Below, in pieces: positions 1-11,865 of a stretch of DNA of 64,000 nucleotides (the stretch's first letter is position 1; the number at the start of each line of letters is the position of its first letter). Position numbers and translations under genes: made by a program. The notes under the pieces are model-generated. The model saw only the letters and a program-made list of their open reading frames with translations, searched no databases and had not been told where the DNA came from. This DNA comes from Candidatus Margulisiibacteriota bacterium (lineage in GTDB: Bacteria; Desulfobacterota; Binatia; HRBIN30): contig DATKMS010000266.1 of NCBI GenBank assembly GCA_035541735.1, forward strand, positions 28,834 through 92,833. The letters are read 5' to 3'.

Positions 1-3
1 AGA

Positions 4-1245
4 ATGGCGTTGCGCTTGTTCTGTCCCGTCGGCGTGTGGGTCGTGGCCCTCGCGCTGCTGTCGGCCCTGAGTACCCCGGCGCACGCCTTCATTCCACTCG
101 GTGAAGGCGTCACGCTCGTTCCGGTGCCCGAGATCATCACGGATCCGAACGAGGGGCAGACCGTCGGCGTACTCGCGACTGTGCTGTTCACCGACGAGTC
201 GCAGCGCATCCGCCGCATCATCGCGCCGGACGTGCGCTACAACCAACACACCGGCGTCTACCCCATGTTTCGCTGGTACGAGTACCCCTCGGACCAGGAG
301 CGCTTCAAGCTGCAGGCGGGCAAGGCGACGACGACCGGCGAGTTCTTCGAGGGGATATACAGCGGCGAGCATCTGCGCGCCGGCTGGTTCGACGTGTGGC
401 TGCGTCTCTTCCACGAAAACGATCCGTTCGAGCGCTTCTATGGTTTCGGCAACAACACGACGAGCGCTGACGAAACGAACTACACTTCCGACACCGGCTT
501 GGTGCAGGGCTACATCGGCGTCAATGTATACGACACCGTGCAGGTCGGCACGCAGACGCGCTGGCGGGTCGTGCGGGTGCGAAAGGGGCCACTCGACTCG
601 GTGACCCAACTGGTTACCGATCCCGCCTTCGCTGGAACCCCCGGCATCGACGGCGCCACCATCGTCGGGCAACGCTTCAACCTGCGCTACGACTCACGCG
701 ACGACATCTTTATTTCAACCGAGGGCGCGTTCGCCGACGCCGGCTTCGAGGTTGTCGATAAGGCGCTGGGCAGCTCGGCGTCGTACCTGAGGTACGGGCT
801 CGAAGGGCGGTCATTTCTGCCGCTGCGGCGCGACAAGCGCTTCATTCTCGCCAGCCAGGCAGCGCTCGACTATATGCAGCACGGCGACCAAGCCCCCTTT
901 TACGATCGCAGCCCGTTGGGTGGCGAACACAGCTTGCGCGGCTTCGGCAGCAACCGGTTCATTGACAACGATCGCTTTTTCGCGCGCAGCGAATTGCGCA
1001 TCAATGTGTGGGAGCCACGCTGGATCAACGAGACCTTCAACGTGCGCGGGCACTTGGAGGTGGCGCCCTTTCTCGAGATCGGCCGGGTATTTGCCTCGTC
1101 ACATACCTTCCCGCTCGACAACCCACACGTCGACGGCGGACTTGCATTGCGCGCCGTCATCCCGCCGACGCTCGTCGCCTACCTCGACGTCGCCAGCGCT
1201 GGCGGCAGCGCAACCGTGTTCACCGGAGTGGACTATCCGTTCTGA
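4..1245 (+). CDS. Omp85/BamA-superfamily outer-membrane beta-barrel protein (surface antigen D15-type barrel)
   Basis: 413-aa ORF. Signal peptide ends ...STPAHA. Barrel-type motif LGGEHSLRGFGSNRF...SELR. C-terminal aromatic beta-signal ...GVDYPF. Confidence 0.7.
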   Translation: MALRLFCPVGVWVVALALLSALSTPAHAFIPLGEGVTLVPVPEIITDPNEGQTVGVLATVLFTDESQRIRRIIAPDVRYNQHTGVYPMFRWYEYPSDQERFKLQAGKATTTGEFFEGIYSGEHLRAGWFDVWLRLFHENDPFERFYGFGNNTTSADETNYTSDTGLVQGYIGVNVYDTVQVGTQTRWRVVRVRKGPLDSVTQLVTDPAFAGTPGIDGATIVGQRFNLRYDSRDDIFISTEGAFADAGFEVVDKALGSSASYLRYGLEGRSFLPLRRDKRFILASQAALDYMQHGDQAPFYDRSPLGGEHSLRGFGSNRFIDNDRFFARSELRINVWEPRWINETFNVRGHLEVAPFLEIGRVFASSHTFPLDNPHVDGGLALRAVIPPTLVAYLDVASAGGSATVFTGVDYPF

Positions 1246-1287
1246 GGGTCGGGCTTCCCGCCAACGCGGTCACCGGGGGCACGTCTG

Positions 1288-3978
<2,691 letters not shown>

Positions 3979-4092
3979 CGTGGCGTTCCTCCCGGAGGTT
4001 CGTTGAGCTGCATCATAGGATGGTGACGGCGCATGTCCAGTACGGCCCCAGAAAGATGGACAGCACAGGCGTGGAAATCCTTCGAGATCGTT

Positions 4093-4626
4093 TCAACGCA
4101 TGAGGAACAGTGCCGCGCCACCGCTCAAGAACATGGCGACGAAGCCAGGGGTGGCCGGCAAAGCAACCGCGCGGTTGCCGAACACCCAGAGGAGGGCGCA
4201 CTTGACATCGGCCTCGCTGAGTCGGCGCGCAAACTCATGCAGCGGTTTCTTGATGGAGAGTAACCCGGTCATCACGATGGTGACCGCGACCGCGGTTTGC
4301 GCGGCACCCTGGACCATCGTCACGCCCACGAGGAACGTCAGCAGGCTGACCACCTCGGTCGTCAGACCAGGGTCTTCGCTCTGCCGCACGACGTGTGACA
4401 CGCTCACCAGCACCACCAGGCCGACGAAGGCGATGCCTGTCACCCACCAGCCGAGTTGTTGATTGAGCTGGGTGGCCAGTGCTCCGAGCAAGGCGATCAG
4501 CGTCAGCGTGCGAACGCCGGCGAAGGAGGGGTGGGGCTCCCGCTGGCCGACGAACTCGCGCTGCATACCGATCAAGGCCCCACACTGTATCGCCCCCATC
4601 AATTGCCACGCCGCTTGCAGCGACAT
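4093..4626 (-). CDS. MgtC-family membrane protein that stops at the beginning of the DUF4010 region (short or truncated form)
   Basis: Start taken at MSLQAAWQLMGAIQCGALIGMQREF. The GxxRE...AGxRT signature of MgtC/SapB is present and is followed by 4 hydrophobic helices. Only about 177 aa, whereas MgtC-DUF4010 proteins are normally about 400 aa. Confidence 0.55.
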   Translation of the reverse strand: MSLQAAWQLMGAIQCGALIGMQREFVGQREPHPSFAGVRTLTLIALLGALATQLNQQLGWWVTGIAFVGLVVLVSVSHVVRQSEDPGLTTEVVSLLTFLVGVTMVQGAAQTAVAVTIVMTGLLSIKKPLHEFARRLSEADVKCALLWVFGNRAVALPATPGFVAMFLSGGAALFLMR

Positions 4627-4771
4627 CAGTCCGTTGGTCCTCCCCTGTCTCCAACGGATGTAAGCTGAAACTTGCTGCAGTGCGAGTGCAAGGGCACGCC
4701 CTGCCGCCCGCGTCGGTGCGGTTTGGCATTCGGGCCGCACGGTCGTCTGCCCTGGTTGTGATGATGGACCC

Positions 4772-5011
4772 TTACATGAGTTGCGTGGCGCGGACCGCTT
4801 CGCTCATGCGCTCCATGAAGGCGCACATGCACTGAAGTGCGGCATCCGGCCAGCTGCCGCCTTCAGCGAGGGCACACAAGGCCATGAGCACTGCGCAGCG
4901 GACAACCGCTTCCGCTTGCGGATGATCGAGGGCTGCTTGCAATGCGGGGCCGCTGGCTGCAACGTCAGCTGTGATCCACCCTTGGTCGTCGCTCACAAAC
5001 AATCGCGTCAT
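4772..5011 (-). CDS. Hypothetical 79-aa protein downstream of the sigma region-4 mini-protein
   Basis: ORF lies 47 nt downstream of 5059-5298 on the same strand. No recognisable motif. Confidence 0.35.
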   Translation of the reverse strand: MTRLFVSDDQGWITADVAASGPALQAALDHPQAEAVVRCAVLMALCALAEGGSWPDAALQCMCAFMERMSEAVRATQLM

Positions 5012-5058
5012 ATCGCACCGCCTGTAGTGCAGTCATTGGCGCTGCTCGGTTTACTAGG

Positions 5059-5298
5059 CTACACCTCGTCCCAACCTGGCAATCCCTTGTCCAGCCGCTC
5101 GATTGCGTCCACGCGCAACTTGCGCAGGGCCCGACGCTCGATGCACCCCACCGTGCGACCGGACACGCCAAGGACACGCGCAACCTGGTCGCGGGACTGT
5201 GCGCTCCGCAGGCTACCAAAGCGTAGCCGGAGCACCAACTCTTCTCGAGCATTCAGAAGCGGCTTCATCCTCCTCATCCGTCCTAACCGCGGCCCCAC
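5059..5298 (-). CDS. Stand-alone sigma-70 region 4 (HTH) mini-protein
   Basis: LNAREELVLRLRFG...SRDQVARVLGVSGRTVGCIERRALRKLR matches the region 4.2 pattern (L..RE..VL.LRFG...tl.EiA..lgvSrerVrQie.rAL.KLR). Regions 1-3 are absent. The start may be M8 or M11 (5268). Confidence 0.6.
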   Translation of the reverse strand: MGPRLGRMRRMKPLLNAREELVLRLRFGSLRSAQSRDQVARVLGVSGRTVGCIERRALRKLRVDAIERLDKGLPGWDEV

Positions 5299-5484
5299 AC
5301 TTTGCTGTTGTTGTGCGAGGTGAGCACCTGACAGAACGATAGCAACGAGTGTGCCTACAGACGCTCGCGAGCGCTGTAGTTGCTTTCAGCGACACGGGCG
5401 CTTCGCTGTATTGAGAACTGCACAACCGCGACGGACATTGCACAGCATTTAATACAGTGGGTGCCCGCACAGGGGTAGGGGCGA

Positions 5485-6627
5485 TCACGCCGGCTGCCGG
5501 TCAAGCGCCGCGAGCAAGCGATCAATGTCCTCTTCGTTGTTGTAAAAGTGCGGGGCGACGCGGATACCAGCGCTGCGTACTCTAACGACAAAGCCCTGAC
5601 GGATAAGTTCAGAGCAGAGGCGCTGCGGGTTGTTGCCGAGGCGGAAGACGACGATGCCCGAGCGCGCACCGGCGTCCCACGGGCTGAGGATCTCGGCGCC
5701 GCGGGCCTGCAGGCCGCTCGCCAGCCGGTCGGTCAGTTCGAGCAGACGAGGTTCGATGCGTTCGGGTCCCACGTCAAGCAGCAGATCGATCGCAGCCCCC
5801 AAAGCATAGGTCCCCAAGACCGAGGGGCTTCCGGGCTCGAATTTGGCGGCGTCAGGCCGTGGGGTGAAGTGATAGGGCAGGTATGTGTCGGCGTCGGTGA
5901 CGCTCTTCCAACCGTGCAGGACCGAGGCGACGCGGTCGGCGACGCGGCGGGAGACAAACAGACACCCGTATCCTTCCGGCGCGAGCAACCATTTGTGACC
6001 GCCGACGGCGAGGCAGTCGATTCCGGCGCGCTCCACGTCCAGCTGGACGGCGCCCACACCTTGGATACCGTCGACGCAGAAGATGATTCCGCGTGTGTGG
6101 CAAAACTCGCCGAGAGGCGACAGGTCGGTGCGCGCGCCTGTGCTCCAATCGACGAAACTGACGGCGATTAGGCGCGTGCGTCCGTCGGTGAGCGCTTGAA
6201 CGTCCTCGACCAACACGCGTCCGCGTAGCGGCCGCACCAGTCGCGTCTCCACGTTCCACCGGCGCAATGCGAACCACGGATAGACGTTGGACGGGTACTC
6301 GCCGTCGACCGCGATGACGTTGTCGCCGGGACGCCAGTCGACACCGGCGGCCACCAGCGACAGTCCTTCGGACGTGTTTTTCACGAACGCGATCTCGTCT
6401 GCTTGCGCCCCGACGAGGCGGGCGAAATTGGCGCGCACCTGTTCGCAGCGCTCGCTCCAGCGACGCTGTATGGTGGTGTCAACCCGCGTGGCGTCGGTGA
6501 CGAATTCGGTTACGGCTGCCGCAACGCGGCGCGACACCGGGGAAACGCCGGCGTGGTTGAGGTGCACGAGCCGTTCGGTGATCGGAAACTGGCGGCGCCA
6601 GTCGTTCCAGTCCATGGCGCCTTCCAT
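5485..6627 (-). CDS. Class-V aminotransferase fold PLP enzyme (cysteine desulfurase / selenocysteine lyase-like)
   Basis: MEGAMDWNDWRRQFPI...VHLNHAGVSP N-terminus. PLP-lysine context AVGGHKWLLAPEG. The longer 434-aa ORF would overlap the divergent gene, so the start was moved to 6627 or 6615. Confidence 0.85.
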   Translation of the reverse strand: MEGAMDWNDWRRQFPITERLVHLNHAGVSPVSRRVAAAVTEFVTDATRVDTTIQRRWSERCEQVRANFARLVGAQADEIAFVKNTSEGLSLVAAGVDWRPGDNVIAVDGEYPSNVYPWFALRRWNVETRLVRPLRGRVLVEDVQALTDGRTRLIAVSFVDWSTGARTDLSPLGEFCHTRGIIFCVDGIQGVGAVQLDVERAGIDCLAVGGHKWLLAPEGYGCLFVSRRVADRVASVLHGWKSVTDADTYLPYHFTPRPDAAKFEPGSPSVLGTYALGAAIDLLLDVGPERIEPRLLELTDRLASGLQARGAEILSPWDAGARSGIVVFRLGNNPQRLCSELIRQGFVVRVRSAGIRVAPHFYNNEEDIDRLLAALDRQPA

Positions 6628-6661
6628 ATATGCTAGGGAGTCAGGGTTCCAGGGGCCGCGA

Positions 6662-7624
6662 ATGAGAACGGTGACGGTGCCGGCAGCCGCCAGCGGAATG
6701 CGGCTCGATGCGTTTCTGGCCGGGTACGCGCCACAGTGCTCGCGGCGCACGGCGCGGCGTGTGATCGCGGACGGCGCCGTACGGGTCAACGGCCGACGCG
6801 TCCGGAAGGCGCACGTGGTTGCCGAAGGCGATGCGGTGGAGTTGCCCGACGCACTCTACGAGTCGCCGCAGCTGCAAGCCAATCCACAGATCGTCGTTCC
6901 GGTCCTGTATGAGGATGCTGCACTGATTGCGATCGACAAGCCGGCCGGCATGCCATCGCACGCACTGCGCGCCGATGAAAGCGATACGGCCGCGAACTTT
7001 CTGTTGGCGCGTTACCCGGAGCTAAGCAGCGTTGGAAGGACCGACCGCGAGGCGGGCATCGTCCACCGTCTCGACACCGACACGTCGGGGGTGCTGCTCG
7101 CCGCCCGCACTGTGGCGGCGTACCGGGCGCTGCGCCGACAGTTTTCGGCGCGCCGAGTAGGAAAGGAATACGAGGCCCTGGTGCACGGCGACCTGGCGGT
7201 TGCTGGAGTTGTGCGCAACCCGATCGCGCACGACCGGCACAACCGGCGCAAGATGCGCGTGTGCCGGGGCCCCGTACCGCGCAGTCGCCCCGCGATCACA
7301 CGCTATCGTCCACTCGAACGTTTCGGGGCGTACACCTTGGTAGCAGTCGAGATACCGACCGGCGTCACACATCAGATCCGGGTGCACCTGGCTTGGCTGG
7401 GGCATCCGGTTGTCGGCGATCGGCTCTACGGCGGCGACCGATGTGAGCACGATCCGTCGCGGCACTTGCTGCACGCCCGTCGCCTGACGGTAGTCCATCC
7501 GCTGACGCGGCGGCGGCTCACCCTAGAGAGCCCACGACCGAGTGACTTCGAAGCCTTCGTGCGTCGCCAGCCGGCGAAGCGGCAGGCTGGCACCGGGAGA
7601 ATCCGGGAGACCCGGCATCAATAG
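6662..7624 (+). CDS. RluA-family 23S rRNA pseudouridine synthase with N-terminal S4 domain (RluD-like)
   Basis: ATG at 6662. S4-like MRLDAFLA...RRTARRVIADGAVRVNGR. Catalytic motif GIVHRLDTDTSGVLL. C-terminal HQIRVHL. Confidence 0.85.
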   Translation: MRTVTVPAAASGMRLDAFLAGYAPQCSRRTARRVIADGAVRVNGRRVRKAHVVAEGDAVELPDALYESPQLQANPQIVVPVLYEDAALIAIDKPAGMPSHALRADESDTAANFLLARYPELSSVGRTDREAGIVHRLDTDTSGVLLAARTVAAYRALRRQFSARRVGKEYEALVHGDLAVAGVVRNPIAHDRHNRRKMRVCRGPVPRSRPAITRYRPLERFGAYTLVAVEIPTGVTHQIRVHLAWLGHPVVGDRLYGGDRCEHDPSRHLLHARRLTVVHPLTRRRLTLESPRPSDFEAFVRRQPAKRQAGTGRIRETRHQ

Positions 7625-7666
7625 CGAGAGCAGCCCGTCGCCGCGGGGCGAGACTGTTCCGCTGGC

Positions 7667-8020
7667 TCAGGCAGCCGCTTGCTTGCCTTTGCCCTTCGTC
7701 TTCGAGCAGGCCGCGCACACGTTGCGAACGTTGTTGGGGTCCTCGACGAGGCCCTCGTCCATGTTGTGGCAGACTTTCTTGCATTCGGCGCAGATGAAGT
7801 AGACGCCCTCGATCGTCTTGTTGATGCGTTCGCGGTTGAGGATGCGGCCTTTGAGTTTCTCGACGCGAATGCCCAGGAGATCCTCGTACTGGCGCTTGAT
7901 CTTGCGGCGACCGGCTTCGTCTTTTGGAAGTTCGCCTTCTTCGTCGACCTCACCGCCACCATCATCTTCGAAGATGCGCAGTCCCTTCTTTGCTTTGTCC
8001 TTCTTTGGCGTCCGGCCCAT
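7667..8020 (-). CDS. Hypothetical charged protein with C-terminal CxxC...CxxC zinc ribbon
   Basis: 117 aa. Lys/Glu-rich N-terminus, predicted helical segment, then CAECKKVCH-x18-CAACS. Purine-rich GGGGGA lies upstream of the ATG. It directly follows the 56-aa zinc-ribbon ORF. Confidence 0.5.
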   Translation of the reverse strand: MGRTPKKDKAKKGLRIFEDDGGGEVDEEGELPKDEAGRRKIKRQYEDLLGIRVEKLKGRILNRERINKTIEGVYFICAECKKVCHNMDEGLVEDPNNVRNVCAACSKTKGKGKQAAA

Positions 8021-8037
8021 GGAGTCCCCCTGAATGG

Positions 8038-8208
8038 TCAGTGCGTCCGTTCAACGTATCCGCAGTTCTTGTCGCACACCCAGAAGTACCCCTTGCGGCC
8101 GAACCCGGTGAAGTAGTGCACTCGGCTATCGCTGTTACAGCTCGGGCACAGATGCTTCGTCTGCGCCGCACCCGACTTCTCCGCCGTCTTGGCCTTCTTA
8201 TCAGCCAT
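8038..8208 (-). CDS. 56-aa zinc-ribbon mini-protein (below the ORF-track length cutoff)
   Basis: Hand translation: MADKKAKTAEKSGAAQTKHLCPSCNSDSRVHYFTGFGRKGYFWVCDKNCGYVERTH. AAGGAG Shine-Dalgarno lies 7 nt upstream. CxxC plus CxxxC. Stop at 8038-8040. Confidence 0.5.
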   Translation of the reverse strand: MADKKAKTAEKSGAAQTKHLCPSCNSDSRVHYFTGFGRKGYFWVCDKNCGYVERTH

Positions 8209-8289
8209 GTTACCGTTCTCCTTTGCTCAATCGTGATCTACGTGGTTGCGTGACGTGCCTCCGGCCATGCCCGCTACGCCGCCCCGCCC

Positions 8290-8327
8290 AAAAAAAAACC
8301 GGCCGAGCTAAGGATCTGCTTGACCGG
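8290..8327 (-). terminator. Candidate Rho-independent terminator (minus strand)
   Basis: On the minus strand CCGGUCAAGC-(9 nt loop)-GCUCGGCCGG is followed by U9 (an A9 run at 8290-8298 on the plus strand). The stem has one wobble and one mismatch. Confidence 0.4.
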
Positions 8328-8452
8328 ATCTACGCACCGCACCGGTTAGCGTATAACGGACGCGCATGGCTGTGTCAACGTCCGGTGAAACTCAGTACAA
8401 TTCGTTGACTCGGCCCCCCAAAGCCGCTAGGAGCCGAGGCCACACGGCCAAC

Positions 8453-8525
8453 GGGCAGGTAGCTCAGTCGGTAGAGCAAGGGACTGAAAATCCCTGTGTC
8501 GAGTGTTCAATTCACTCCCTGCCCA
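8453..8525 (+). tRNA. tRNA-Phe (anticodon GAA)
   Basis: Folded by hand into a 73-nt cloverleaf: acceptor GGGCAGG/CCTGCCC, D arm GCTC-AGTCGGTA-GAGC, anticodon arm AGGGA-CTGAAAA-TCCCT, T arm GAGTG-TTCAATT-CACTC, discriminator A. CCA is not encoded. Confidence 0.9.
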
Positions 8526-8584
8526 CTTTCTTTTCTGTCCGGCCGCCGGGGTGATGGCTGTCGACCAGTGACGGCCAGCTACCG

Positions 8585-9331
8585 TCAGGACTTCGGCCGC
8601 GGAATGACTGCGACGGATGGGATGCTGGCGCTGGCACCGCACCGCAGCACGGTCTCCACGACGCGCACGAGCTCGTCGACCTCGAGGAGCGTCCCGCTGA
8701 CGTAGTTGCGTGCAACCCACACGGGCATCACCTCGGCGGCGAGCTCGCCGTCCCAGCCGGCTGTGAACTCGGTCATCGACGGTCCCTCGCCGCCGGCGCA
8801 GTCGCCGACGATCACCCGCGTGAACCCGACCGCCGGGTGCTCCACGCGCCAGGCCTCCACCAGCTTGTCGAGCGCGGCCTTCGTCACGGTGTACGCCGCG
8901 AGGCCGGGCCACGGTGGTGTCAGCGACGCACTGACGGAAGTCAGGTAGGCCGCGGCGCCGCCTGATGCGGTGAGGTGCGGGATCGCCTGTGCCGTGATGA
9001 GCGCCGCTCCTGTCACGTTGGTCTCGAACGTGCGTCGCCAGGTGTCGGCGTCGAGGTCGACGAGGCGCCGAAGGGGACCGACACCGGTGGCGTACACCAG
9101 GGCGTCGATTCCGCCTAGGCTCCTCGCTGCCGCCTCGATGGCGTCACGGCACGACGACGGCCGGGTCACGTCACACGCGATGGCGACCGCCCGCGGACCC
9201 GCCTCCTTCGCTGCCTCGACCAGTCGGTCCTGACGCCGCGCCAGCAGGGCGACCCTCGCGCCCCGTTGGCCGAGGCCGACCCCGATGCAGCGGCCCAGGC
9301 CACTCGACGCTCCGACGACCACGGTTCTCAT
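8585..9331 (-). CDS. Short-chain dehydrogenase/reductase (SDR) family oxidoreductase
   Basis: MRTVVVGASSGLGRCIG (TGxxxGxG-type Rossmann). YxxxK context AYTVTKAAL. AAGGGGGAG RBS precedes the ATG at 9331. Confidence 0.85.
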   Translation of the reverse strand: MRTVVVGASSGLGRCIGVGLGQRGARVALLARRQDRLVEAAKEAGPRAVAIACDVTRPSSCRDAIEAAARSLGGIDALVYATGVGPLRRLVDLDADTWRRTFETNVTGAALITAQAIPHLTASGGAAAYLTSVSASLTPPWPGLAAYTVTKAALDKLVEAWRVEHPAVGFTRVIVGDCAGGEGPSMTEFTAGWDGELAAEVMPVWVARNYVSGTLLEVDELVRVVETVLRCGASASIPSVAVIPRPKS

Positions 9332-9606
9332 CGCTACAACTCCCCCTTCGAGATCTGTCACCGCGCGCTCCGATCAGGACATGACCTTGTCGTCCGGGCA
9401 GCCCAAAGGCGGTGAGGCGGCGGGCGCGAGGCCGTAGAACCGGAGAGCGTTCTCGATCTCGCCGGCGCTTTCCACGGCGACGGGCGCGCCGGGCAGGGTC
9501 TGGGGATCCGTGGCTTCGCTCATCGGCGTGGCGTTGCTAGGGGCTGTGGCCAGCGTCATTTCTATGGCCCGCTCCCGTTGGTCGCTGCAGGCTTCCAAGT
9601 CCGACG

Positions 9607-10809
9607 CTAAAAGACACGGACCGGGAGCCGATGCCATCCGCGGACGGTGCTGGTGCGCACGCGCTCGGCATTTGCCTCATCGACCTCCCAGCGGGGAAAG
9701 CGCGCCAAGACCTCCTCGAGCGCGACACGGCCCTCGAGGCGCGCGAGCGCTGCCCCCAGGCAGAAGTGCAACCCATGCCCGAAGGTGAGATGGTGATCGA
9801 TCTTCCGGCGGACGTCGAAGCGGTCGGGATCCGCGAACCGGCGATCGTCCCGATTTGCCGAGGCAGTCAGCAGCAGCAGGATGGAACCTTCGGGCACCGT
9901 CGTGCCGTGTAGTTCGGCGTCACGCGTGACGAAGCGTGCCTGTACGGGCGACGGCGCCTCGTACCGCAAGATCTCCTCGATGGCGCCCGGAACCAGGCTG
10001 CGATCCTTCACGAGGAGCTCGCGTTGCTCGGGGTGCTTGGCGAGGAGATAGCCGGTCCAGCCGATCAGGCGGGTCGTGGTCTCGTTGCCGGCGGCGGCCA
10101 GAAGCGTTGTGTAGTTCACGATCTCCTCTTCGTCGAGGTGGCGCTCCACGCCGTGCTCGTCGACGAAGGTGATCGTGACGAGGTCCGTCATCAGGTCGTC
10201 CGAGGGGTGCCGTCGGCGGAAGTTGATGTAATCGAGAAACCGCGCATGGTCGGAGAGCACGGCAGTTGCGTCGATCTCGTTGGACCGGCCGTCCTTGTCG
10301 ATGCGCAGGCCCGCGTCGATCCGATCGCGCACCGCTTCCTGGTCGACCTCGGGAATGCCGAGCATCTCGCTGATGACCCGCATCGGCATGTCGGCGCCGA
10401 GATCACGCACAAAGTCGAATCCGCCGTTGCCCACGAGGGGGTCGAGGGCCCGGGCGCAAAACTGTCGAATGCGCCCCTCCAGCGCGGCCACGCGCCGGGG
10501 CGTGAACACGCGGCTCATGAGGCCGCGATGCAGGTCGTGGATGGGTGGGTCCTCGAAGATGAACATGCCGCGGGGAGCGGTGATGCCAGCGCGGATCATT
10601 TCGAGGACCGTTCCCTTGCCGGAGATGAAGGTCTGCCAGTCCCGCGAGCATGCCTCGACGTCAGCGAACCGGCTCACCGCAAAGAAGTCAAAGCGCTCGT
10701 TGCGGTAGAGCGGCATCTCGTCGCGCATGCGTTTCCAGATGGGGTACGGATCGTCGTCGATCTGGAAGTCGTACGGGTCGTAGTAGATCTCACTCGAGCC
10801 ACGAGCCAT
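9607..10809 (-). CDS. Cytochrome P450
   Basis: Heme-thiolate loop FGHGLHFCLGAALAR. ExxR (EEILRYE). I-helix AAGNETT. Start taken at MARGSSEIYYDPYD, which has a GGGGCAGGAA RBS. Confidence 0.9.
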   Translation of the reverse strand: MARGSSEIYYDPYDFQIDDDPYPIWKRMRDEMPLYRNERFDFFAVSRFADVEACSRDWQTFISGKGTVLEMIRAGITAPRGMFIFEDPPIHDLHRGLMSRVFTPRRVAALEGRIRQFCARALDPLVGNGGFDFVRDLGADMPMRVISEMLGIPEVDQEAVRDRIDAGLRIDKDGRSNEIDATAVLSDHARFLDYINFRRRHPSDDLMTDLVTITFVDEHGVERHLDEEEIVNYTTLLAAAGNETTTRLIGWTGYLLAKHPEQRELLVKDRSLVPGAIEEILRYEAPSPVQARFVTRDAELHGTTVPEGSILLLLTASANRDDRRFADPDRFDVRRKIDHHLTFGHGLHFCLGAALARLEGRVALEEVLARFPRWEVDEANAERVRTSTVRGWHRLPVRVF

Positions 10810-11865
10810 TTCCTGCCCCTTTGTTGGCACTTGCAGCGCTCCTCCCAATGAACAGATCGGTACACGAATCGTGGCGCCGCTGCCAACGCCTGCTTACCCT
10901 TCGACAGGCTGAGGATGACCGGGGGCGAAATACGTCGCCATAGTTATGATGCCTATGAGTACAGGCTGTTGCACATTGTCCGTCGCTGGGGTCGGACCCT
11001 TGACCCGCTCAGCGCGGGAGAATATGCCTCTACCAATCAGAGAGTCAAGCTTGCAGACGATCATCGAGCGCGCCGCGCCGCCCCTCAAATGACCGGTCGA
11101 GCGACGATGGACTTTGCGTTCTTCTCCCCAGCCGAGGGGGCGCTCCGCGCGCGTGCGGGCGCGAAGTGCGCCACGGGGGCCTCGGCGTGCAGCCGTGTCC
11201 ATCCACTCCCTCGTCGCCACGCTCGGGTGCGCGGCACCGGGTCCCGTACCGTTTCGATCGCTACGGTCGCGGTGTGTTATGAATGTCGATTTGGTACAAT
11301 ATGATTCTCGTAGGTCGACGGCAGGCTGCCGTCCCCCCACGGAAGAGCACTCCCTACCCACGTTGCTTTTGCCAGCGTCATTGACACCGCCACGGTGCGG
11401 CGGATGGCAAGGCGATCATGCCTTCTCCCGCTTATCGACGCGCACCCAACGCCGGCACGTATCACACCACAAGAAGTTCGCTCGCAGATCGGTTGGCCCT
11501 TTGTGGCCGCATTCAAGATCCATTGTCATTCACCTCACGGGTCGACAGTGCCGAGAGTTCCGTGCAATCCTTCGGCCACACGGGGCATGATGAAAATCTG
11601 GGTGCCGTTTGGAGAACCGCCGCACGGCGTTAACGCACAACGCGTGCGGACAGCCGAATAGATTGGCTGCACCTGGCATGGAGCGCTTGATTTCAGCCAC
11701 TGTGATGCGCGTGCAGTGACTGGTTGTCGTCCCCCCTGACCGGTCTCGCTCGACGACTGGCGAGATGTCGTCGCAGCTGTCACGGCGGCGTCACGGACTT
11801 CTCACCGATAGGAGCGTTCGCTTCTTGGCAGAGTGCCGCCCCCCGGTTTGACGGCTCGGAACGCT

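Noticed and set aside
5355-5379. 25-nt near-perfect palindrome CTACAGACGCTCGCGAGCGCTGTAG as a Rho-independent terminator
   Set aside because: No U-tract follows on either strand. It may be an operator or just a GC palindrome. I mention it only as context for the sigma r4 mini-gene.
8209-8452. tRNA-Phe as an integration hotspot with an adjacent genomic island
   Set aside because: I saw no integrase, excisionase or transposase, and no direct repeat of the tRNA 3' end anywhere in the window. The flanking genes have native-looking GC.
9374-9637. 87-aa ORF between the P450 and SDR genes as a possible ferredoxin redox partner
   Set aside because: It has no Cys cluster (a single Cys near the C-terminus) and an Ala/Pro-rich composition. 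It overlaps the P450 stop if M1 is used. I cannot support it as a gene, although a short peptide from an internal Met cannot be excluded.
10825-10835. TGGCAC...TTGCA sigma-54-like promoter element (also TGGCATAGTTGCA at 44226-44238)
   Set aside because: The spacing between the GG and GC dinucleotides is wrong (0 and 9 nt offsets instead of the canonical 12-nt register). The first one lies around a likely P450 start region on the opposite strand.
11520-11720. Cys/His-rich reading frame on the minus strand (…CTRITVAEIKRSMPGAANLFGCPHALCVNAVRRFSKRHPDFHHAPC…) as a fragment of a zinc-finger/HNH or IS-related protein
   Set aside because: It has no start codon and no match to any motif I can name. 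It could be a pseudogene remnant. It is flagged only through the broader finding on the 1.6-kb gap.
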